A stretch of DNA of 64,000 nt, taken from assembly GCA_038496445.1 (NCBI GenBank), contig JALMLS010000404.1, positions 135,470 to 199,469 of the forward strand. The letters run 5' to 3'. Positions 38,210 through 48,676 of this stretch are shown here, piece after piece. Under the pieces are notes generated by a model. It made no database searches and was not told the origin of the DNA. It was given only the letters and a program-made list of their open reading frames with translations. How positions within the stretch are numbered: position 1 is the first letter of the stretch; every line of letters starts with the position of its first letter. A program made the position numbers and the translations under genes. This DNA comes from Trichosphaerium sp. ATCC 40318 (taxonomy: Eukaryota > Protista > Tubulinea).

Positions 38210-40016
38210 ATGGAACCTCAAACACAACAACCAGCACAGGTACGATCCGTACTAGTGTTTCTTAGCGCTAAGTGTATTTGTAGGAAACCGGATACAACGT
38301 CTACGTTACCAACATATCCCCTAAAGCAACAGAAACTACCGTCACAGATTTTTTCAGCTTCTGTGGTAAAATTACAAAGATAGTGTTGTCCAAGTACGTT
38401 ATACTGCGCGAGCGCATGCAATCATGCCTTTCTATAACTCCAAATTACCCGACGGTTTAAGAAATCGGGTAAAACTACCCAAATATACCTACTGGTATCC
38501 CAGGACAAACTATGAGGGTTTTAACCCAACCACAATGCTTTTCCTAAATGTGGCCCTTGAAATTGCCCAAAACCGCGTGAAATGTCTATTTAATCATGTA
38601 TAGGAATGGCGACGAACTACAAAGCGCTGTTGTGACCTTTCAAACTGAAGAAGCTTCTAAAACAGCTCTATTACTTACAAACGCGTTGATAGTTGATCGT
38701 CCAATCACTGTATCCAGTGAAGCTTCAGCAGGTACCGAAAAACAAAAAAAACACATTAAAAAACCTCCAACTAAACAAACGCCCTTAGCGCCAGTCGAAA
38801 CTGAGAAAACAGTCAAAATTGAAGTCATTGGTGATGACATTCAACAAAAAAATTACGACGCTCCTGCTGATCAACGTGTACGCCATTGCGAATTAAATTA
38901 GAGCGCATTGACGCACATTTTAACAAGAAAAAGAAAATTTTTTGTTTTGGCTTTTTTGGGCTTTGTTGGGCTTTTGAGTTCTAACTCCGGTACACAGACA
39001 AAGACGTCTGTTATTGCGTCACTGATAGCTGCTGGGTATAAGCTTGGTAATGACGTCATCGCTAAAGCCAAAAAAACTGATGGTATGAATATCTTGGCTG
39101 TTTACTGTTCATTTCTGATTTTTTTTTGATAGAGGAGTACAGTATCTCTGCTCGCCTTCAACAGGGTGCAGATTCCATAAAAGCAAAGGCAGCTGAAGTT
39201 GATGAAAAACTTGGCGTATCAGCAACTGCTGCCACTTTGGGTAATGCTGTTGTATCCACAGCTCAAGAACTTGATCAGAGATACAAAGTATCTGAGAATG
39301 TAGCGTACGTGTTTTAAAACTCCTTTTTTATTTACCACTGCTACTCGCGTAGTAGGTAACTCTTACATTCGTTGAATGTTGGCGGGCTTTTTCAAATAAA
39401 TTGTTTCTTATATTTTCACTGTAGTGCTACAACTGAGAGTGCCAGACAAGCTGTTTATGCAGGAGCTGCTACTGTTGCAGCACAACCAGGAGTACAAAGT
39501 GGAATTGATACACTTCGCGCTCTTGGTGCAATTGGTTATAGCAAACTGAGCGAGGGTATCAACACAGTAAAAGGTATGAAGAAATTGACGTCTACAAAAC
39601 TTAAATACTGATTTACGTATTAGCCACCGCAGGATTTGACGTAACACCACCTGCACCTCAAGAGGTTCATGACATGGCACCTGCAGACGAGGTAAATTAG
39701 ATAATTTAAAGTTTAAGACACGTAGAGGAAAACTGTCTACATGTTGTTTTTTATTTTTTTCCTCTGTACTGATTGTGCTTACTCAATTTAGGCTGATAAA
39801 GCTGCACCTGTCACACAAGTGAGCGCACCAACTGGTGAAGATGATAAAGCTGCAGCACCTGTTGCAGATGTTGCAGCACCTGCTCAGGTACATGCAGACT
39901 CAGCTGTACCAGCTCAAGCACCAGCACAAGATGTTGCTCCTGTTTCAGCACCTGTAGAAGCAAAGCCTGCTGTCGAAGCTGAGAAAGCCCCAGCTACTGA
40001 TGAACCAAAAGCATAG
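38210..40016 (+). CDS. RRM protein, Vip1/BPA1-like
   Basis: VYVTNISPKATETTVTDFFSFCGKI; AVVTFQTEEASKTALLLTNALIVDRPI; ASLIAAGYKLGNDVIAKAKKTDEEYSIS; Ala/Pro-rich tail. Confidence 0.85.
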
Positions 40017-40253
40017 GACTTTAGTATTTGTAAAAAGAAAATAAACAGATTATGTAAAGCATTTGTTCAAATTACTGAGCGTGTGGCTCAGAAAGGCCTA
40101 GTAAGTACGCTATTGCTGTATTGGAAACTAAGCACTGCGAGTAGTAGATTACTGTGATTTAGCTGCCTACTGGAATAAGACTCAATTTAAATACAAAAAA
40201 GTCAAGAAAAAGTCTTCGAAAGTTTTTTTTACCTTTATTTTCAGTCTACAGAA

Positions 40254-43200
40254 ATGGCTTCAAAAGTTGTTGTATTTCTTTTGATACTGGGGTTTACTTC
40301 TTTTTGTTTTGCTGCGCAGAATAAGATAAAATTGGGGCCAGAAAACGTTAACCAACTTTTTTTGTTCGTTATTAATTTTAACGAATTGTTAGGTCATAGA
40401 TGGCTGGGCAGCGTACCCACAAGCGGGAAACTTAGGACCAGCGCAAAACTTATTAGATGAACAAGGTATGGTTAACATCCTGACGCCTTGAACGTCCAAA
40501 TCTAGGCCCCTTTGAAAGTTTGACAAATAGTTCGCCAAAAAACAGTTTTACCAAAGCGCACGTGCATTGAAATTTATTTTTTCTTTCAAAAAGTTATTGC
40601 TGGTGATCCGGCAAATGGATCTGGTGGCAAACCCAAAACAGAGTATTTCCCTGGTTGGACAAAATGGTACGGAACGTTTTACAACGACACGAAAGATACA
40701 TGTTGCAGCCTTTTGCGCCATGGTGCTGCTGAGGTGATACTATCAACAATTGCTGTTTCATTATTCTTTAGGTATTACCCAAACGCGTTTGCACTTATTG
40801 ATTTGGGTCAGATGTACAGATTGTCTTCTATATGGGCGTTTCACGGTTATGGTATGAGTTTGGTTTTCGAAGCTGTTTTTTTTCCTTACTTTTAGGTGAG
40901 TTGGAGGCTAACATGTATTAGGGAGCTACAATATAGAATTTTCAGTTGGTGTTCATCCATTTCAGTGGGCTGAAACGTTCAATGATAGTGTCCATGGCAC
41001 GTATCAGGTGAGTTGTAAAAGATTCTTGTTTTATTCTGCTTTTTGTATGTTAAGTTCTCGCTAACACAAGTCGAGTGGGATAGCAACAATATTACTACAT
41101 CTGCTCCTGTGCAATGGATTAAAGTGAGGTTAATTGAACCACCAAAACTATTAGAAATAGTAGTATACGGTGAACCAGTCGGTGAGAAAAGATTTGTCAC
41201 GAACACAAAATTGTCTCACTACAACTACAGGAAATCCTACTCCTCCGCCACCTCCTAAGCCTCGTCAGTTACCTCTATTCAAAGACTTTATTGGTACAAA
41301 TGGATTCAATGATGACGATCCAAATAAACTGGCTGCTGTGGGAGTCGTCAGAGAGTATCAAACGGTGAGAACATGATTTTTTAGAAGATCTCATGTTTGA
41401 ACTTTTCTTTTACTTTGTTTGTAGTGGGGTTGGTCAGAAGGTAACGGACAACCTGGATATGTTGGATATCCGCACTCAAAGAATGAGTTTGATCCAGATG
41501 GATACGCAGGACCGCCTTTTAGGTTTGATACTTTCTACCGTGCTTGCAAAAACGTTAGTGTAAAAGTACATCAATGTAAGTAACTGCAAACATCTTCGCT
41601 TTACAGAAAACCACTTGAGGCCAACATACTAATTGAGCATCCAAGGTATGATGCGTACTGCTCCTTATATCCACAAAAACACACCGGTACTTTCTTTGCT
41701 GGGGAAGGCTGTTAAGTTAGTGTTTAGAATGAAGAAGATTGGAAACCGTTAACAGTTGAACAGATGAATACTCCTGGCGTTTCTACGAATCCTCTTGTAT
41801 GCGCTCATCTGGAAGTGAAAGAGATTTAGGCTAATTGGGATTTAGAGTTATGCACCACATGGTGATCATGCATGGCAGCTAGCAGCGAGATATGGAAGGA
41901 CTAGAGTAGATGTAGGACTTTTAAAACTTGGTGATAATCAAAACAAGACAACTGGCGCTGGTATGTTCACAAACCTTTATCTCACTTTTTTCTTACCTCT
42001 TTGTAACACTATACAGATTTATTGGAGTATATTGAGTTCTGGAACGAGCAAGATAAATGGTGGTTAGGTAGAGAAGCTTACTTTTCTCCATACGAATACG
42101 CAGCAATGTTATCAGCAGGTATAGTAATTTATTTCCATCAAGATTTAGTGTATTGTTTTGACTAACCTACTCTTTCTTTGAGATTATGATGGTCATGCTG
42201 GAATTATGGGTAACACGATTGGTGTTAAAAACGCAGATCCAACAATGAAGGTAAGACATGTAAAAATCTTTGAGAGAAAATGTTACTTGTATCTTATTGC
42301 GAGCTCAATTTCTCGGAATCTTTGCTAACTTTTTGTTTTATGTTAGGTTGTTATGGGCGGTATTGCTCAACTCAACTTGGACTGGGTCAAATCATTACGT
42401 ATTTGGAGCTTATATAATAGAAAAGACGGTAAATTTCCTGCAGAAGCAATAAACTTTCATCATTACTCCAATGATGTCGGTGGACAAGTATGCAAAAAAA
42501 AGTCATTCTTGTATCTCAAACTTTGCCTTTTAGGGTGGCACTGCAACTACTGGGATAAGGTATTGTTGTTAGTCTGTTTGATATATGTTAAAGTCTCTGC
42601 AGTCCTGAGGATGACCATCTTAAAGAGCGTGTTCAGGCGATAGTCCAATGGAGAAATATTTATCTACCTGGTGTTGAAGTTTGGTTTTCAGGTTTGTTCT
42701 TTAGTATGAATGAACCGTCATGTGGCTGACCTGTACTTTCTCTACCTTAAGAGTTTGGGTATGATACTAACCAAGCTTCTCCTCAAAAATCACCAGCTAT
42801 TGGCCCTAATTCAGGAGAGATAGTACAAGGTACGTGGATAGTAAGATACCATCGTTCAGCTATATGAGAAGCTTGCAATTGTATTAACACATCTTCTCTT
42901 TTATAGGTCAGTGGATAATAAGAAGCTTTTTGGCTTTAGCCGCGGCTGGTGTTGATAGGGCGCATCAGTTCATGTTAAGAAATGTTGCAGACTACAGCGG
43001 AGGAAAATTCCAGACTTCAGGCACGTTACTCTCTTATTTTTTTGAATTGAAAGTTGCCTCGTTCAAAGAAATACTTACAAGCCTCCTCAAATAAAAACAT
43101 TGGTTGGACAATTTGGGAGTATTTGAAGTAATGTAAATTAGGTTTGACAACAACGAAAGCCTCTGGATGGTACTGAATATGATGCTTTTTTGTGGGATTT

Positions 43201-43831
43201 TGATGCACGTGTTTTATATTTTTAAGTTAGTTTTTAGGAAACCAAAGCCTTCATGGTATTTTGTAAGTACTATCACAAAAAGATTAGGAAACATGCGTTT
43301 TATATCAGATAAGCATGATACTGTCAAAAACGTGACAAGCGTCAAATTAAGGTATAAAAACCAACTTCCGCTGAAACTTTTTTTTATACTTTCTTCTTTC
43401 TCTGCTTCTTGACAACTTTTATGTTGTTCTCTTTGCTTAGATGTCTTTAAAAGCTCAACATCAAGCGTATGTGTTTTTAAATGTATTTTAGTGATGGTAA
43501 TGGGAATACAGCATATGTGGTGTGGAGTCCAACAAGCAAGGCATTAGTTGTTGAAAAGTATTCATTTTCATTTGATACATCAGTAACAAAAGCTACTTTG
43601 GTGGAGCTTGTTGACCAAGAACCAAATGGTAAAGAAACACCACTAATAGTAAACGGAAAGTACGTCATTTAGAAAGGTGGAACAAAAAAAAACTCAATCA
43701 CAAAAAAGGCACTTCATGTTTTAGTTGCCTTGTAGATTTATCGCTCTTGAAGTACCCTAATACTTTGTTTTAATCATAGGAGTGTTCAATTGGATGTCAC
43801 TGAGACACCTTTAATTGTTTTAACTCAATAA
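40254..43831 (+). CDS. Secreted bacterial-type clan GH-A (TIM-barrel) glycoside hydrolase with an N-terminal discoidin-like domain; many introns
   Basis: Signal peptide; IDLGQMYRLSSI; EFWNEQDKWW (acid/base); KNADPTMKVVMGG; AINFHHY; VWFSEFGYD (nucleophile); RSFLALAAAGVDR; KPKPSWY. Confidence 0.8.
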
Positions 43832-44069
43832 ACGTTGGACACAGTCAATTTCATTAAATAAGCTCAATGTTGTAGTAAATTGTTATTGTGTCCTTTTTTG
43901 AAAAAAACAAAACGTTGCTGTTTGGATATCACTCTGTTGGACAATGCATTTGTACATGGTGATAACAGCAACTGTCCTGTTATTATTTTACGCAGAACTT
44001 GCACTGCATTTGAACTCCACAACCTATCGCTGGATACAAGCTTGTCATAGTATTTGTTCCAATCAATGC

Positions 44070-44195
44070 GCCTTGGGTATACCTACCATCAATCCACAGG
44101 AGCTGGGTTCTCTAGCTGTCCATGCTCACACCAGCATTTGCTGTCACCCGCCTTTATCATTGACATACATGCACTGCTTTTCCATTTATCCAAGG
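44070..44195 (-). pseudogene. Decayed MORN-variant fragment
   Basis: Minus strand reads QCMYVNDK/GDSKCWCEHGQLE/LLWIDGR with frameshifts. Confidence 0.55.
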
Positions 44196-44329
44196 AATTC
44201 ACAAAGTATAAATTACAAGAAATATGGCTTTTCACGCACGTGCGTCTTGAGGCTTAATAAGACGGTTAAGTTGTTATTTAAAGGAGGAAGCTAGTTGGTG
44301 GAGCAAATACCTAAATAATAGTGAGACAG

Positions 44330-45385
44330 ATGTTATTGTCTCGCCGCAAGAATTATTACCCTAGTATTACTGTATGTAATCTACTAGACCTACCAAATGA
44401 TATTCAAAGGTATTTATGCACTTTCAATAAAGAAATATTCATAAAGTTCCATACACTCTCTAAAAAAGCTGCAATCAACACCCATTTTGATGAAAAACTT
44501 GAAACAAAAGGTCTTTGGTTACGTTGGTATCCAAATGGATGTTTACAGAGTCAAACGATGATGCTTGAAGGTAAGAAAAATGGGAAACAGAAAAAATGGC
44601 ACGTGAATGGACAACTTTTGTTTGAAACAAATTATGTTGATGATAAGAGACATGGTATGTATAAGAGTTGGCATGAAGGAGGTCAAGTCAATGCACAATG
44701 TAATTTTGAGGATGGTAAAGAGAGTGGAGAGGGCAAACAATGGCATCCGAATGGTCAAATCAAGATACATACATTCTATGTTGATGGTAAACAAAATGGT
44801 GAGCACTGTGAGTATTATGAAAATGGGCAATTAGAACTAAAGATAACATATGTGAATGATAAGAAGCATGGTGAACAGAAAGAATGGTACAAGAATGGAG
44901 AGTTGGTTTTTCAATCAATGTTCAAGAATGGCTTGAAAGATGGTGATTGTACAAGATATTATGAAAATGGACAAATAGGCGAGTTTGAGGTGTTTGTTGA
45001 AGGTATTAAGCATGGTGAATCCAAAGAGTGGTACGAGAATGGAATATTGGCTTCTCAAGCTATTTATGTAAATGGAGAAAAAAATGGCGAGTTCAGAGGG
45101 TGGTATGAGGGTGGACAACTCCACATGAAATGCATGTGTGTTAATGACAAGTTACATGGAGAATTTAAGGAATGGTACATGAACGGACAACTAGGGTACC
45201 AGTGCACATATATTGAAGGTCAGGCACAAGGTGAACGCCTGAAATGGTATGATAATGGGCAACTACGATCGACAACAATGTATGTTAATAATGAAAAGCA
45301 TGGTGAGCACAAAGAATGGCATGAAGATGGACATTTCAAGCTTCAACAACATTATGTCCATGGTACATTAAAGGAAGACCCATAA
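44330..45385 (+). CDS. F-box-like + MORN-variant repeat protein (paralogue of 25295-26359)
   Basis: Collinear with the arm-B gene, roughly 90% identical by eye; first ATG at 44330. Confidence 0.9.
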   Translation: MLLSRRKNYYPSITVCNLLDLPNDIQRYLCTFNKEIFIKFHTLSKKAAINTHFDEKLETKGLWLRWYPNGCLQSQTMMLEGKKNGKQKKWHVNGQLLFETNYVDDKRHGMYKSWHEGGQVNAQCNFEDGKESGEGKQWHPNGQIKIHTFYVDGKQNGEHCEYYENGQLELKITYVNDKKHGEQKEWYKNGELVFQSMFKNGLKDGDCTRYYENGQIGEFEVFVEGIKHGESKEWYENGILASQAIYVNGEKNGEFRGWYEGGQLHMKCMCVNDKLHGEFKEWYMNGQLGYQCTYIEGQAQGERLKWYDNGQLRSTTMYVNNEKHGEHKEWHEDGHFKLQQHYVHGTLKEDP

Positions 45386-45879
45386 TGGGAGGATGAGTAA
45401 ATTACAAAGCATGAACAGCACTATTTCAGTACAAGATTAGCTTAATCAAATCAGATGAGATTCTGCGCATCAAAAATAACACGTGTTGTAGGCAACTAAA
45501 ACAATTTTTCAAATAAACGTTTGCCACAATAGATCAAAAGCATTAGCTTGTCTCCACTTGCATAATCCAACAAAGTCATTGTGAGGTTAGTTGTATTAGA
45601 GCGAATTGTTGTTACTCAAGATGTAGCTTTGTCAAAACAAAGTGCAATAAAATAGTACCGCTATTTGGGTTGAACTGTTCTTGAGGATGATTGTTGTACT
45701 TAGGAAAATGATGTTAGAAAAAAATTGTTTGTTTGAGTATTGGAGACTTCTCAGAGTAATTCCTTTCTTTTTTTCTAGCGCGAATACACTTGCAATATTG
45801 ACTCATCACATTAATCACGTGATTAATATCAATCAAGAACGAATTAAAGAAGGATTATGGAAAGTACGGCCGTTGATGT

Positions 45880-46884
45880 TTGATCCTTCTTTCAGTCAAA
45901 CATGGTATCAAACTGTGTTTTATTGGCGTCAGTATTACAAACAGCGTACCGCCAGAGATATGGCAGTGTATTATTGATAATGCTGACTCTTCTCAATTGA
46001 CTGTATTACAGAGAGTATCATGGCTCTTTAATTACCTTGTAGAGCACTCTCATACCCTGTGGAGAAAAGTACTGGCGTCTCGTTACCCAGTTACGTTTTC
46101 AGAGTCAAGTATACGAGATCTAGGTCTTAAACGTCCATATTATACGCTTTGTAAGCGCTTGGTTGTACGTGGCTTGTTTAGAGGTCATGTTTAATCGTTC
46201 TAACCACGAAAACAGGTTGGCAAGTACTTGTACGTTAACAATCGTGAGCGGGGAGATCGAGTGGTTGACAGGATGACTGAGCTTGGCTTTAATTGTGAGT
46301 ATCTTGATATTACTGGTGTTGGCAAGGGAATATTAGACAAGTATGATGCTATTGTTGTTGAGTCTAATTATGGGTTTGCTGAAGAAGGAAAGTATCTTGG
46401 AGACTTTCTTCGTAGAAGTGTTGACACTGGATCAGGTGTAATATCAGCTGTGTTTACAGGTTGTTCATTTGTAGAGACACCAAGTGGAGAATGGACAAGA
46501 AGGCATATGCCTATCATACCTAATAAAGATGAAAATAACAAGGATGGAACACAATTATACTGCTTTGAATATGATTTTATTAAGGATGACCCAGATCACT
46601 TTATTCTACAAGGTGTAAAGAGTTTTGGTGATATTGAGTTCATTGCTCTTGGTTCAGTAAATGATAGAGCAAAGCAGATTGCACGTGTTAAAGTTGAAGG
46701 TAATGAATACCCTTTTATTGTTGTTATCAATGATTCTGAATCATCATCCACTTCATTGCCTTCACATAGAGGTAAAATTGTTGGCTTAAATGCGTTTCTT
46801 TCAAATTATTTTTTCAGTCGTGGGAATGGTGCTGCACTTATTGGAAATATGTTTCTTTTCTCATCTGGTATTGTATGTGAATAA
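45880..46884 (+). CDS. F-box + alpha/beta domain protein (paralogue of 27913-28854); start uncertain
   Basis: Near-identical F-box exon and the same intron. The paralogue's ATG is ATT here, so the start may be a short upstream exon (ATG near 45857). Confidence 0.75.
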
Positions 46885-47650
46885 CAATAAACAGAAATGT
46901 CAGTTTACTTTGTTCATCGTCACAGTAATTGGTTTTAGCACTTGAAGAAATAGCAACTCAGGTAGTGATCCAAACAATGGTCAACAAATAAGAATGGTAT
47001 TGATCAAAATACCATTGAGTCTCATTCTGTCTTTTGTTCTTGTGCTAGTATCTCAATATGGTTGATTACTGGTCAAATGTAATTATGAAATTATATGTAA
47101 GAGTGAACTCATCGTAACCATAAGAACATAGCCATGGGTACTATCTCTATCCAGCAAGGACTTTGTATGTTATTTGTTTTGAAAAAGTGCATTCTTACTA
47201 TGCTTGACTTCTGTTTTAAGCTCTACGCTAAGTCTACCATGTTCACCTGAAAACCTAGCCAATCGTTACCCTAGAAACTTGAAGATGACTTGAGACAGGT
47301 GATCTAACGTGGATGTGTTTGGCCTAGATTGGTACACCAAGAAGGACCAGAGCCAGACTATCTACCCCAAGAACTAAGAGAAGGAGATGGGGAGCGAAGC
47401 GGGGTGGTGGGCTATTCGGTATGACTGGTTTATTGGTTTGGTTTTGTCGGATAGTACACAAGAGTTGTGTACAATGTTGACGAAAACGAAAGTGACTGAT
47501 CGGTCCACTCTTATCTTTTCACCCGAAATAAACGCGAAACATTTATTTCGCCGCTTAATACACATAGTAACAAATCAAGTGATTTAAATAAACACAACAG
47601 AAGACAAGTATTCTCAGTTTTTATTATTGTGTTGTTTACATAGTGACACT

Positions 47651-48418
47651 TTAATCAAATAAAAAATGGCGATATGTTGGTTTTGGAAGGCTTATTGGTA
47701 GTAAGCTTTTGTGAACACCAGAACAAGGATGAATATCTGGAATATCTGCTTGATATATGCTGATTTCAGTCTTATAATCACTGTTGTAACCACCCAAGCA
47801 TGCCCTCATTAGCCTTTGTTCCCAGTCTGCTCTTTCATACATCTTTGTAGGTGTTCTCTTCTTCAAAATAAATACGTCATGTAACATTTTTATTTGAGAT
47901 GTAGTTCGGACATTTGTGAACTGGAGAGGAGCATCACTGTTATAGCGTAATTCTTCATCGCTGTCACTGAAGTCACTGTCATTATAATCAGCACAGCCTT
48001 CATCTTGCTTTGCAGTGGCACATAGTTCTTTACAGTTGAGTATGATGGTATAGGCAACGTGGTTTGTGCTGAATCCCCAAAAGTAAGCTTTGTATCCTTC
48101 AACATTTTTCTTTTGGTAGTAGCCTAGTTCCCTTGGTTCATCGTATCCGTCTTTTGCATAGAAACCTTCAGGTACATTATGGTGAACCTCGTATTTCCTT
48201 AAATGACGTTTCCAAAGCGACTTTATGGCTACGAGCTGTTGTTGCCAGTCCTTACAAACCATTGTTGGTATTACAAGTGATTTAGCATCAAAGTCACCGA
48301 AGAACATCTCTAGAATCTCTGTAGGTATGAACGGCCATAGTTGTGTTGCCGTTGATGTTGGTGGTATTACCGACACTGTTTTTTGTAGCCTTTTAGAAGG
48401 CGGAACCTTGCTCATCAT
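47651..48418 (-). CDS. Intronless F-box protein
   Basis: IPTEILEMFFGDFDAKSLVIPTMVCKDWQQ..LWKRH; C-terminal domain unrecognised. Confidence 0.8.
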   Translation of the reverse strand: MMSKVPPSKRLQKTVSVIPPTSTATQLWPFIPTEILEMFFGDFDAKSLVIPTMVCKDWQQQLVAIKSLWKRHLRKYEVHHNVPEGFYAKDGYDEPRELGYYQKKNVEGYKAYFWGFSTNHVAYTIILNCKELCATAKQDEGCADYNDSDFSDSDEELRYNSDAPLQFTNVRTTSQIKMLHDVFILKKRTPTKMYERADWEQRLMRACLGGYNSDYKTEISIYQADIPDIHPCSGVHKSLLPISLPKPTYRHFLFD

Positions 48419-48676
48419 CGTTTGGTATTTGCTTAAAATGAAACAGTTTGCCGCTTTTTTATTTGTGTCACACAAACCTACAATTCACTGCACTGGTCGA
48501 CTTAGGAAATTCGGTCCGAATTTGGAACAAATACCCTTTTTTAGATGAATATTCCTTTTACAATTTACTAATACTTTTACCTCGAAACTTCCAACGTACA
48601 CCGAACACACTATCAACATTTTAATGTCAAAACAACGCCTAGATACCGCATATTGGAGGTATCCACACTACAAATA

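Noticed and set aside
43944-44294. 116-aa ORF with a hydrophobic N-terminus
   Set aside because: It overlaps a decayed MORN fragment on the opposite strand and has no recognisable motif.
25295-45385. Diversity-generating retroelement (template/variable repeat pair)
   Set aside because: No reverse transcriptase is present, and paralogue differences are not restricted to adenines and extend over whole genes and flanks.
46170-46215. Stop codons between the F-box and downstream ORF, suggesting readthrough or an alternative genetic code
   Set aside because: A GT-AG intron removes them, and conserved genes here end normally at TAA, TAG or TGA.
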